32,000 nt of DNA. Origin: Longivirga aurantiaca (GTDB lineage Bacteria > Actinomycetota > Actinomycetes > S36-B12 > CAIYMF01). Shown one piece after another: positions 1 to 8,238 of the stretch. The stretch covers positions 1,389,876 through 1,421,875 of the forward strand of contig NZ_JBHSTI010000008.1 of assembly GCF_042660085.1 (NCBI RefSeq), written 5' to 3'. The position numbers and the translations under genes are program-made. The notes below the pieces were generated by a model, which had not been told where the DNA came from, made no database searches, and saw nothing but the letters and a program-made list of their open reading frames with translations. Every line of letters starts with the position of its first letter. Within the stretch, counting starts at the first letter, position 1.

Positions 1-575
1 TCGAGACCGTGGCGCTGGCCTTCGTCGGCGACCCCGCGTGGGACTACATGTGCGGACCGGGCAACGACGTCGCCGCCCGCGCGTTCGCCACCCTGCTGTA
101 TGTCGGCCGTGCGCGCCGGGGCACCGTGTGGATCGCGGACGACGGTGCTGCGGTGTCGATGTGGGACCGCGTGGACGGCGTCCCCCTCACGGGCATGGAC
201 GACCTCTGGCACGACTTCGTGGCCGCGGCGGGCCGTGACGTGGTCGATCGCGTCGAGGCCTACGACGCCGCCATCAAGACGCTCAAGCCGTCGGCACCGT
301 TCTGGTACCTCGGCGTGCTCGCGACGCACCCCGACCACCAGGGCCGCGGGCTCGCGACCGCCGTGCTGGCGCCGGGCCTGGCCAACGCCGATGCCGAGGG
401 GTGGGACGCGTGGCTGGAGACGTCCAAGCCGGGCAACAAGGACTTCTACGCCGGGCGTGGCTTCACCGACGTGCATCCGGTCGAGATCCCGGACGGGCCG
501 CCGACCTGGTGGATCAGGCGGCCCGCCCGAGTAGGCCTCGTGCCGCGCCCGGCACCTGTCCGGCCCACGGCGTGA
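1..575 (+). CDS. GNAT family N-acetyltransferase (N-terminus probably outside window)
   Basis: ORF track 9..575, but the frame stays open back to base 3, so the true start is probably upstream of the window. Carries the GNAT acetyl-CoA motif ...VLATHPDHQGRGLATAVL... (Q/R-x-x-G-x-G/A). Strong GC3 bias in this frame. Confidence 0.8.
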   Translation, partial: ETVALAFVGDPAWDYMCGPGNDVAARAFATLLYVGRARRGTVWIADDGAAVSMWDRVDGVPLTGMDDLWHDFVAAAGRDVVDRVEAYDAAIKTLKPSAPFWYLGVLATHPDHQGRGLATAVLAPGLANADAEGWDAWLETSKPGNKDFYAGRGFTDVHPVEIPDGPPTWWIRRPARVGLVPRPAPVRPTA

Positions 576-594
576 GAGCGGCTAGGCTTCGCGC

Positions 595-690
595 ATGGTC
601 ACCATGCTCATCGTCACCTTCGTCGTGCTGGTCGTCGTCCTCGTCGTCGTGGGGATCCGCATGATGAAGGGCAAGAACATCCGCGGCTGA
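595..690 (+). CDS. candidate small membrane protein, 31 aa (MVTMLIVTFVVLVVVLVVVGIRMMKGKNIRG)
   Basis: Not in the ORF track (too short). ATG 595 to TGA 688-690. All 31 sense codons end in G/C while second positions are mostly T, a clear 3-periodicity typical of real coding in this genome. One hydrophobic helix followed by a basic tail. Only a weak SD (AGG about 10 nt upstream). Confidence 0.45.
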   Translation: MVTMLIVTFVVLVVVLVVVGIRMMKGKNIRG

Positions 691-695
691 CGCCC

Positions 696-1793
696 TCAGC
701 GCGCAAGCACGTCGGCGAGGTCGTACCGCACGGGACGGTCGAGCTGCTCGTAGGTGCACGACTCCGGGGTCCGGTCGGGGCGCCAGCGCTTGAACTGCGT
801 GGTGTGCCGGAACCGGTCGCCCTCCATCGCGTCGTACCCCACCTCCACCACGAGCTCGGGACGCAGCGGCCGCCAGTCGAGCTCCTTGCCCGAGCTCCAG
901 CGCGAGACCGCGCCCGGGAGCCGCTGGCCCTCGTGCGCCGCGGCGTCGCGCCACGCCGCCCACGGGTGCACGTCGCCGTCGCCCAGCGCGTACGGCGCGA
1001 GCTCGTCGATCAGCTCGGCACGTCGAGCCATGGTGAAGGTGGCAGAGACCCCCACCGACTGCAACGAGCCGTCCTCGTCGAAGAGACCGAGCATCAGCGA
1101 GCCGACGATCTCCTGGCCCCCGGCGCCCGCCTGCTTGTGCGGCCGCCAGCCTGCGACGACGCAGTCGGCTGTGCGCGCGTGCTTCACCTTGAGCATCACG
1201 CGCTTGTCGGGCTGGTACGTCGAGGCGAGCGGCTTGCAGATGATGCCGTCGAGGCCGGCGCCCTCGAACACCTCGAACCAGCGCCGGCCCTCGTCGGCGT
1301 CCGCGCTGATGCGCGTGAGATGGACGCTGCCGCCGGCTCCTGCGAGCGCAGACTCGAGCGCCGCGCGGCGTACGCCGAAGGGCTCGCCCCTGAGGTCGTC
1401 GTCGCCGAACGCGAGCAGGTCGAAGGCCACGAACGACGCGGGCACCTCGCGCGCGAGCATCTGCACGCGGCTGTCGGCGGGATGGATGCGGGACTGCAGC
1501 GTGCCGAAGTCGAGCCGGTCGCCGGTCACCACGACGATCTCGCCGTCCACGACGCAGCGCTCGGGCAGGGCCGCGCGCAGCGCCTCGACCAGCTCGGGGA
1601 AGTAGCGCGTCATGGGCTTCTCGTTGCGGCTGCCGAGCTCTACCTCGTCGCCGTCCTTGAAGACGATGCAGCGGAAGCCGTCCCACTTGGGTTCGTAGAC
1701 GAGCCCGCCGGCGACCGAGTCGGGCAGCGGCACGCCACCGGTGACCGGCTTGGCCAGCATCGGTCTCACGGGGGGCATCACGGGCAGGCGCAT
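696..1793 (-). CDS. ligC: ATP-dependent DNA ligase, LigC-type (about 365 aa)
   Basis: ORF 696..1949. I place the start at ATG 1793 (MRLPVMPPVRPMLAKP...), which has AGGA/GGGG upstream; the 52 codons above it are Arg/Pro/Ser-rich filler. Nucleotidyltransferase motif I is KWDGFR (adenylated Lys), followed by LDGIICK and MLKVK motifs. There is no N-terminal DNA-binding domain and no primase domain. Confidence 0.85.
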   Translation of the reverse strand: MRLPVMPPVRPMLAKPVTGGVPLPDSVAGGLVYEPKWDGFRCIVFKDGDEVELGSRNEKPMTRYFPELVEALRAALPERCVVDGEIVVVTGDRLDFGTLQSRIHPADSRVQMLAREVPASFVAFDLLAFGDDDLRGEPFGVRRAALESALAGAGGSVHLTRISADADEGRRWFEVFEGAGLDGIICKPLASTYQPDKRVMLKVKHARTADCVVAGWRPHKQAGAGGQEIVGSLMLGLFDEDGSLQSVGVSATFTMARRAELIDELAPYALGDGDVHPWAAWRDAAAHEGQRLPGAVSRWSSGKELDWRPLRPELVVEVGYDAMEGDRFRHTTQFKRWRPDRTPESCTYEQLDRPVRYDLADVLAR

Positions 1794-1812
1794 CGCCCCA
1801 TCCTGCCCTCGA

Positions 1813-2574
1813 TCAGCCGGACGTGTACCTGAAGAACAACGTGCCATGGTCATCGAGCACGTGCACGAGGGAGAGCGGGCGCGGGGCGTCGGGAAGCGGC
1901 GCCCCGGCGAGGATGCGCGGTATCTCCGGGCCGTCGGCGTAGGAGCCACCGGCGAGCACCGGCGACACGGTGAGCAGGAGCTCGTCCAGCAGGTCAGCGG
2001 CGGCGAGGTCGCCGAGGAGCGAGGGACCGCCCTCGGCGTGGATCCGGACGAGACCCCGCTCGTTCAACTGGTCGACTGCCGTGCGCAGGTCGACGGTGTC
2101 GTCGCCCGCGACGAGGACGTCGGCGACCTCGGAGACCCGGCGGCGCAGGTCGGGGTCGGACGACGCGCGGGTGATCACGACCGGTCGTGATCCCGGCGTG
2201 CTGAAGAGCTCGGACGACAGGTCGAGGTGGAGCGACCCGCTCACGACCGCGATGACCGGCGCGGGTGCCTGGCCGGCGTCACGACGTCGCTCGGCGAACG
2301 ACGGCTTCTCCCGGGCGGGCCGGTAGCCCTCGGCGCGGACGGTTCCGGCACCGGCAAGGACGACGTCCGCGAGACCGCGGAGCCGTCCGAAGACCCGCTT
2401 GTCGGCCTCGCTGCTGATGGCGCCGGAGAGCCCCTCGGGCCCGCGGGCCGCGCCGTCGACCGTCGAGACCATGTTCGCCCGCAGCCACCGCTGGGGAGCC
2501 GGCCAGCCGGGCCAGGCGTAGGCGGCATCGAGGTCGGCGTCGGTCACGTCGTCGGCCGCGTGGGGCAGGAGCAT
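1813..2574 (-). CDS. RibD C-terminal domain / dihydrofolate-reductase-like pyrimidine reductase family protein
   Basis: ORF 1813..3018 trimmed to ATG 2574 (MLLPHAADDV...); a GTG at 2580 is an alternative start. Diagnostic stretch: NMVSTVDGAA..GLSGAISSEADKRVFGRLRGLADVVLAGAGTVRAEGY. Ends 19 nt upstream of the ligC start. Confidence 0.8.
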   Translation of the reverse strand: MLLPHAADDVTDADLDAAYAWPGWPAPQRWLRANMVSTVDGAARGPEGLSGAISSEADKRVFGRLRGLADVVLAGAGTVRAEGYRPAREKPSFAERRRDAGQAPAPVIAVVSGSLHLDLSSELFSTPGSRPVVITRASSDPDLRRRVSEVADVLVAGDDTVDLRTAVDQLNERGLVRIHAEGGPSLLGDLAAADLLDELLLTVSPVLAGGSYADGPEIPRILAGAPLPDAPRPLSLVHVLDDHGTLFFRYTSG

Positions 2575-2627
2575 GCGCACGCGTCGATCCTCGCACCCCC
2601 CGCGGACCACCGGGGGCGGCGGACGGG

Positions 2628-2879
2628 TCAGCTCTTCGGGCGCGCGAGGAACGTGAAGAGGGCGACGATCACGGCGGCGATGAAGACCTGCAGCACGAGG
2701 ACTGCCCAGAAGCCCCAGCCCTGGGAGTTGCCGATCGCCGCGCCGATCGCCGCACCCACGAGGCCGATCAGCATCGTGAGCAGGCAGCCGGTGGGTTCGT
2801 TGTTCCGGATCACCAGGCGGGCCAGACCCCCGATGATGAGCCCGACGAAGATTCCGGAGATGATGCCGCTCGGTTCCAT
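2628..2879 (-). CDS. GlsB/YeaQ/YmgE family (transglycosylase-associated) stress membrane protein
   Basis: 83-aa ORF with Gly-rich transmembrane segments (GIISGIFVGLIIGGLARLV..., LIGLVGAAIGAAIGN) typical of this family. AGGA lies about 9 nt upstream. Confidence 0.85.
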   Translation of the reverse strand: MEPSGIISGIFVGLIIGGLARLVIRNNEPTGCLLTMLIGLVGAAIGAAIGNSQGWGFWAVLVLQVFIAAVIVALFTFLARPKS

Positions 2880-2911
2880 GGCGGCATCCTGCCAGCAGCG
2901 GAGGGCGAGAG

Positions 2912-3778
2912 ATGGGCAACCCGAAGGTCCGAGGTGTGGCCGCGAGCGACGTGGTCGATGCCGTCACGTTCCGTCCGGGCGACCTGCTCGCCGACCGGTC
3001 GACGGGCGACCCCGCCACGGCGCCCGGCGACCGGGCCGAGACCGAGGCGGCGACCGCCGGGATCGTGGCCGAGCTGGCCGGGCTCCAGGAGCAGCTGTAT
3101 GCCGAGGGCGTCGGTGGTGGTCAGCGCTCGCTGCTCCTGCTGCTGCAGGGCATGGACACCTCGGGCAAGGACGGGACCGTGCGCCGGGTGGTCGGGGCCA
3201 TGAACCCGGCCGGTGTACGGATCACGTCGTTCAAGAAGCCGACGCCCGAGGAGCTCAACCACGACTTCCTGTGGCGTATCGACAAGCAGCTGCCGAGCCC
3301 CGGGGAGGTGGCCGTCTTCAACCGCTCGCAGTACGAGGACGTCCTCGTCGTCCGCGTCCACGACCTCGTGCCGGAGACCGAGTGGTCGGGGCGCTACGAC
3401 AAGATCAACGAGTTCGAGCGCCGCGTCGTCGACGCCGGAACCCACCTCATCAAGATGATGCTGCACATCTCCAAGGACGAGCAGAAGGAGCGGCTCGGCG
3501 AGCGGCTGGCCGACCCGACCAAGCACTGGAAGTACAACGCGGGCGACCTCACCGAGCGGGCGTTCTGGGAGGACTACCAGGCGGCGTACCAGGACGCGCT
3601 CACCAAGTGCAGCACCGACAGCGCCCCGTGGTACGTCGTGCCGGGCGACCGCAAGTGGTACCGCGACTGGGTCGTGGCCAACCTCCTCGTGCACGCGCTG
3701 CGCGAGATGAGCCCGCGCTACCCACCGGCCGACTTCGACGTCGCCGAGCAGAAGCGCCTGCTGGCGGCGGCCGACTGA
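2912..3778 (+). CDS. polyphosphate kinase 2 (PPK2) family protein
   Basis: 288-aa ORF. P-loop LLLQGMDTSGKDGT, FNRSQYEDVLVVRVH and the PWYVVPGDRKWYRDW lid region are typical of PPK2. GGAGGG lies 6 nt upstream of the ATG. Confidence 0.9.
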   Translation: MGNPKVRGVAASDVVDAVTFRPGDLLADRSTGDPATAPGDRAETEAATAGIVAELAGLQEQLYAEGVGGGQRSLLLLLQGMDTSGKDGTVRRVVGAMNPAGVRITSFKKPTPEELNHDFLWRIDKQLPSPGEVAVFNRSQYEDVLVVRVHDLVPETEWSGRYDKINEFERRVVDAGTHLIKMMLHISKDEQKERLGERLADPTKHWKYNAGDLTERAFWEDYQAAYQDALTKCSTDSAPWYVVPGDRKWYRDWVVANLLVHALREMSPRYPPADFDVAEQKRLLAAAD

Positions 3779-3833
3779 CGACGCGCGACACCGGGCTCCG
3801 CACGAGAGGCCAGCCCGGCCCTACGGTGGTGCC

Positions 3834-4886
3834 GTGACCGAGCCCGGCCCCGAGCCCGAGCAGAGCCGGCGCTCCAGCGCGTCGGCGTCGTTCTGGTCGC
3901 GCGTGGACTCGGCCTCGGCCGGCTGGACCCCTGCGCAGCGCCGCGGAGCGGCCACCCTCACGGAGTCGGTCGCGATCGGCGCCCGCGTGATGGTGTCGAC
4001 CCGCTTCACCGGCCTCGCCGCCGAGATGTCCTTCTGGGGGATCTTCGCGCTGCCGTGGGTGCTGCTCGGCGCGGTGGCCGGCCTCGCGTGGGTGCAGTCG
4101 CAGTTCGGCTTCGACCTCCTGGCCCAGGCGCAGCAGCTGATCCTGGACACGGCGTCCAAGGTGCTGACGCCCGAGGTCGTCGACGAGTTCATCGAGCCTC
4201 TCGTCGCCGAGATGTTCCAGTACGGCTCGACCGGTCTCTCGCTCGTCTCGTTCGTGATCGCGCTGTGGTCGGGGTCGCGACTGGTGGCGACGGCGGTCCA
4301 GGCCGTGGTGATCGTGTCGGGCGACAAGTACGCCGGCTACGTCCGGACCCGTGCTCGCGCGCTGCTGCTCTACGCCGCGTCGCTGCTCGTGCTGATCCCG
4401 GTGACGATCCTGATGCTGGCCGGCCCGGACCTGTTCTCGCGCTGGCTCGGCACCTCGGGGCTCTGGCTGTTCTGGGTCGGCTTCCTCGGTGCCACGAGCA
4501 TCCTGTTCGCCGCGCTGTACCACTTCTCGCTGGTGCCGAGGCGTCCGCTGCGCCGTGCCCTGCCGGGCGCGCTCGTCGCCGTCGCCGGCTGGGTGCTGGG
4601 GTCGATCGGGCTCCGCGTGTACCTCACCTACAGCTTCACGCGCGGCTCCCTCTACGGCATCGTCGGCGCGCCGATCGCGGTGATGCTCTGGGCGTACGTC
4701 ACGTCGTACGTCGTGCTGCTCGGGGCCCTGGTCAACCGGGTGATCGACGAGTGGCGCGAGCTGTCGAGCTTCCCGACCTTCGCCCAGAGCCTGCGCAGGC
4801 TGCTACGGCCGGACGACGCGCACGGTGTCGCCGCGGCGGATGACCCCGGGCCGGACGACAGCCGTGTTGATCCCGCGAAGCCGTAG
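3834..4886 (+). CDS. YihY/BrkB family inner membrane protein
   Basis: 350-aa ORF with a GTG start. Multi-pass membrane protein whose family-like core runs from about RFTGLAAEMSFWGIFALP to YVVLLGALVN. The N-terminal ~50 aa and the exact start are uncertain. The last 84 nt overlap the convergent MOSC gene. Confidence 0.75.
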   Translation: MTEPGPEPEQSRRSSASASFWSRVDSASAGWTPAQRRGAATLTESVAIGARVMVSTRFTGLAAEMSFWGIFALPWVLLGAVAGLAWVQSQFGFDLLAQAQQLILDTASKVLTPEVVDEFIEPLVAEMFQYGSTGLSLVSFVIALWSGSRLVATAVQAVVIVSGDKYAGYVRTRARALLLYAASLLVLIPVTILMLAGPDLFSRWLGTSGLWLFWVGFLGATSILFAALYHFSLVPRRPLRRALPGALVAVAGWVLGSIGLRVYLTYSFTRGSLYGIVGAPIAVMLWAYVTSYVVLLGALVNRVIDEWRELSSFPTFAQSLRRLLRPDDAHGVAAADDPGPDDSRVDPAKP

Positions 4887-5384
4887 CTGCTTCCCGTCCG
4901 GTGCGGCGGTCGCCCGGAGGGCCTCGACGCCGAACCGCTCGGAGAACTTCGCGCACCCGGTGTGCGGCGCGTCGGTGACCTCGAGGGCGGCGTCCCCGAT
5001 CTCGAGCAGCGTGCCCGCCGGGAGGTTCTCGGCGCTCAGGTCGAGGTCGACGTAGAGCTGGTCGCCGGCGAGCGGCACGCGGTCCTCGGTGCCGGCCACC
5101 AGCCGGGCGGCCCGGATGTTCATCACGGTGACCTGCGCCTGGGGGTCGGCGGAGCCGTCCGCGGTGCGCCGGCTGCCGCGCTCGATCCAGGTGTCGCCGA
5201 CGATGCCGACCGCGGTGTCGACCTCGGCCTCGTCGTGGAGCGTGCGCTCACCCACGACAGGACGCGTCACGATGAGCTCGAGCGGCCCGACGTCGGCGGG
5301 GGAGAGGCGGACGTCGTCCAGCCCGGCCTCGAGCGCATCGGCATCGCGATGGAACGGCTCGTGCTCGGGGTTCACCGGCTGCAT
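4803..5384 (-). CDS. MOSC domain-containing protein
   Basis: 193-aa ORF. MOSC-like core ...LEVTDAPHTGCAKFSERFG... with the conserved Cys, and a C-terminal GVIRRGDTVRVV. AGGA lies about 9 nt upstream. Confidence 0.85.
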   Translation of the reverse strand: MQPVNPEHEPFHRDADALEAGLDDVRLSPADVGPLELIVTRPVVGERTLHDEAEVDTAVGIVGDTWIERGSRRTADGSADPQAQVTVMNIRAARLVAGTEDRVPLAGDQLYVDLDLSAENLPAGTLLEIGDAALEVTDAPHTGCAKFSERFGVEALRATAAPDGKQLRLRGINTAVVRPGVIRRGDTVRVVRP

Positions 5385-5440
5385 ACGACGATCCTGCCAA
5401 ACCGGTCACCGGACGTGCGAGCCCGTTCTCGGGCGGCGCC

Positions 5441-6646
5441 TCAGGCGGTGACGGTCACCGTGTCGTAGCCGCGCAGCACGAAGGTGCTGCGCTTCACCGG
5501 GGTGCCCGTCAGCTCGAGCGATGGGAACCGCTCGGCCAGCATCGGCAGCGACTGCTGCATCTCGAGGCGCGCGAGCGGGCCGCCGAGGCAGAAGTGGATC
5601 CCGGCACCGAACGCGATGTGCGGGTTGGGGTCGCGGCCGACGTCGAACGAGTCGGCGTCGCTGAACACCTCGGGGTCGCGGTTCGCCGAGCCGAGCAGTG
5701 CGGCGATCCTCTGCCCCTCGCGGATCGTCGCCCCGCCGATCTCGACGTCGGCGAGCGCCGTGCGCTCGAACAGCGCCGACGGCGTGTCGTAGCGGAGCAT
5801 CTCCTCGACCGCCGTGGCGGCGAGGCCCCACGGGTCGGCGACGACGCGGTCCCACTGGTCGCGATGGTCCATGAGCGCGACGAGGCCGTTGCCGAACCCG
5901 TTGACGGTGGCCTCGTGCCCGGCGTTGAGCAGCAGGACGACGGTGGCGGCCAGCTCGTGCGCGGTGAGGCGCTCGCCCTCGGCCTCGACCTGGGCCAGGT
6001 GCGTGACGAGGTCGTCGCCCGGCTCCACGCGTCGACGCTCGACGAGCTCCGCGACGTATGCCGCGAACTCGCGGCAGGCCACCTCGGCGAGGCGGTCGTC
6101 CTCGGGGGTGCGGTCGTACTCGTACATCTTCACGATCGCCTGCGACCACGGGCGCAACGGGCCGATCTCGTCGTCGGGCACGCCGAGGAGATCGGCGATG
6201 ACGAGGACGGGCAGCGGCTCGGCGTAGTCGGCGATGGCGTCGAAGGAGCCGGTCTCTGCCAGCTTCGAGGCGCAGCCGTCGAGGAGGTCGGCGCACAGCT
6301 CCTGGATGCGCGGGCGGCGGGCGTCGATGTTGCCGCGGGCGAAGGCGGCGGCGACCAGGCGGCGCAGACGGGTGTGCTTGGGCGGCTCGTTCTCGAGCAG
6401 CGCGTCGGCGTGCAGCCAGTTGAAGGTCTCCCACGCGTCCTCGGGCACCCGCGCCCGCCAGACCCGGCCGAGCGAACGGTCGCGCAGCACGGCGTTGGCG
6501 TCCGCGTGGCGGAACGCGAGCCACATGCCGAGGCCGTCGTTCCAGACCGGGCGGCCCGCCGCGCGCATCTGCGCGAACGCGGGATACGGGTCGGCGACGG
6601 TGGCGGGGTCGTCGATGGAGAAGGCGGGGACGTCAGTCGCGCTCAT
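5441..6646 (-). CDS. cytochrome P450
   Basis: 401-aa ORF. Heme-thiolate loop FGAGIHFCLGGPLAR, K-helix EEMLRY (ExxR), I-helix LLLNAGHEATVN. Confidence 0.95.
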   Translation of the reverse strand: MSATDVPAFSIDDPATVADPYPAFAQMRAAGRPVWNDGLGMWLAFRHADANAVLRDRSLGRVWRARVPEDAWETFNWLHADALLENEPPKHTRLRRLVAAAFARGNIDARRPRIQELCADLLDGCASKLAETGSFDAIADYAEPLPVLVIADLLGVPDDEIGPLRPWSQAIVKMYEYDRTPEDDRLAEVACREFAAYVAELVERRRVEPGDDLVTHLAQVEAEGERLTAHELAATVVLLLNAGHEATVNGFGNGLVALMDHRDQWDRVVADPWGLAATAVEEMLRYDTPSALFERTALADVEIGGATIREGQRIAALLGSANRDPEVFSDADSFDVGRDPNPHIAFGAGIHFCLGGPLARLEMQQSLPMLAERFPSLELTGTPVKRSTFVLRGYDTVTVTA

Positions 6647-6684
6647 GGGTCACGACCCTAGTGCGATGCCGTGTCCCGGCCCGG

Positions 6685-8115
6685 TCAGGCGGGCTCGCCC
6701 TGGAGCCAGCGGACGGCGGTGTCCGCGGTCCAGCCGCCCGGGTGGGACGCGAGCAGGACGCGTGCGCCCACCAGGTCGTCCCCGAGAGTGATGAGCGGCA
6801 GCTCGGGCTCGCCGCCCTTGCGGACCTGCGGCAGACCGACGCTGGCGCACAGGGCGTTGCAGAGGCACACCCTGCCGTCGGTGGCCCCGGCCTCGCCGCC
6901 CTTGCGCACGAAGATCGCGGCGGGCTCCGACGCGCAGCGGTAGTCGATGTCGCCGTCGGCCTTGCGGAAGGGCTGGCGCAGGTGCCCGAGGTCGCAGACC
7001 GTCGTTCGAGCGTGGTGCAGCGCGGTGTCGGAGAGCGTGCCTTCCATCTGCACGACCTTGAAGGGGAACCCCGTCGGCGACGCGAGGGCGTCGGTGCGCA
7101 CCACGAGCGTGTCGTCGGCGATCGACTTCAGCAGTGCGTCGCGCAGGTCGTCCCGGAAGCCGGAGTCGAGCGAGAGCGCGAACAGAGTGCCCACCTGGAT
7201 GCCGGCGGCGCCGAGCTCCAGCGCCTCGCGGAGCCGCTCCGGAGTCCCGAACGAGCCTGCGAGCCAGAACGGGAGTCCGAGGTCGACCATCGCGGTCAGG
7301 TTGGCCTCGTCGCGCGGCCCGTAGACGGGCTGCCCCAGGTCGTCGACGACGAGCTTGCCGCGCGGGGGAGCATTGTGGCCGCCAGCTGTCGGCGCCTCGA
7401 TCACGAAGCCGTCCGGCCTGGTCACCTCGTCGCGGGCGAGGTAGGCCGCCAGCACGTGGCTCGAGACGATGGCGAGGAAGGTCGGCCGGGCCAGGGGCGC
7501 GAGGGTGACGCCCAGCGTGGCGACCGGGTCGAAGGCGATGACGAACTTCTCGTCGCCCGCGTCGGCGACGTCCACCGGAAGAGCCGTCGTGCCGTGCTGC
7601 GCGAGCGTGGTGAGCATCGCGGGGATGTGGGCCGGGATCCCGGCGCCCATGAGCACGGCGTCGACTCCGGCGAGCATGGCGCCGTACGCCGAGGCGGGCG
7701 TCGTCATCTGGATCTTCTCGAGGTAGTTGATGCCGACGGTGCCCGTGTGGCCCTCGCGGGCGAGCCACACCTCGACGAAGTTGGCCGCCACGATGAGCCG
7801 GTCGGCGCGCACCGAGGGGCTCAGGGACGGGCGCGACGTCGGCAGGTACGGCGCCTCCGGTGCCTTGCCGCCCTCGACGAAGTAGCGCTCGAGGATCTCG
7901 TCGGCGATCTCCGGGACGGGGAACGCGGCGAGGGCGCGGCGTACGTCGCCGTCGGGGTCGCCGTCCTGCAGGCGTCGGGCCAGCACGATGTCGAGACCGG
8001 TTCCGCTCACCACGCCCAGCCCGCCCGCGGACGCCACCGTGCGGGCGAGGTGCCAGGACGAGACGGCCACCCCCATGCCGCCCTGGATGACGCGGGGGAG
8101 GGTGGTCGGGCTCAT
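6685..8115 (-). CDS. nitronate monooxygenase / 2-nitropropane dioxygenase family FMN oxidoreductase (long form, about 476 aa)
   Basis: ORF 6685..8121. I prefer ATG 8115 because AGGAG sits 5 nt upstream of it and directly abuts the GTG at 8121. N-terminal IQGGMGVAVS and ...APTAGGHNAP... match the NMO fold. The C-terminal extension carries five clustered Cys. Confidence 0.9.
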   Translation of the reverse strand: MSPTTLPRVIQGGMGVAVSSWHLARTVASAGGLGVVSGTGLDIVLARRLQDGDPDGDVRRALAAFPVPEIADEILERYFVEGGKAPEAPYLPTSRPSLSPSVRADRLIVAANFVEVWLAREGHTGTVGINYLEKIQMTTPASAYGAMLAGVDAVLMGAGIPAHIPAMLTTLAQHGTTALPVDVADAGDEKFVIAFDPVATLGVTLAPLARPTFLAIVSSHVLAAYLARDEVTRPDGFVIEAPTAGGHNAPPRGKLVVDDLGQPVYGPRDEANLTAMVDLGLPFWLAGSFGTPERLREALELGAAGIQVGTLFALSLDSGFRDDLRDALLKSIADDTLVVRTDALASPTGFPFKVVQMEGTLSDTALHHARTTVCDLGHLRQPFRKADGDIDYRCASEPAAIFVRKGGEAGATDGRVCLCNALCASVGLPQVRKGGEPELPLITLGDDLVGARVLLASHPGGWTADTAVRWLQGEPA

Positions 8116-8238
8116 GCGCACTCCTGGGATCGGGCCGGCACCTTTCGGTTACGTTACCGTAGGTTGTGCGGCTCCCAACAGAGCGCGGCGTGCGACACGC
8201 CTGACGATCACGCTGCCGGGCGCCAGCCCGGGCGGGTG

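Noticed and set aside
2173-2192. Perfect 20-bp palindrome GATCACGACCGGTCGTGATC inside the RibD_C gene, and a 19-bp palindrome GTCGATCACGGTGATCGAC at 23173-23191 inside the patA-like gene. Both share GATCACG-type cores with the DCC-flanking repeats.
   Set aside because: Both lie within well-supported coding sequence (GSRPVVITRA and ESITVIDD). A rough estimate gives an expectation of order 0.1-1 for such palindromes per 32 kb at this composition. Shared 7-13-mers are also expected by chance among about 1e9 position pairs. I do not treat them as copies of the repeat.
8146-8159. Imperfect palindrome CGGTTACGTTACCG (6 of 7 pairs) in the relatively AT-rich region upstream of the NMO gene, considered as a possible TetR-type operator.
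   Set aside because: Short imperfect palindromes of this quality are expected by chance, and no regulator gene is adjacent. Noted only as a place to look if the promoter is mapped.
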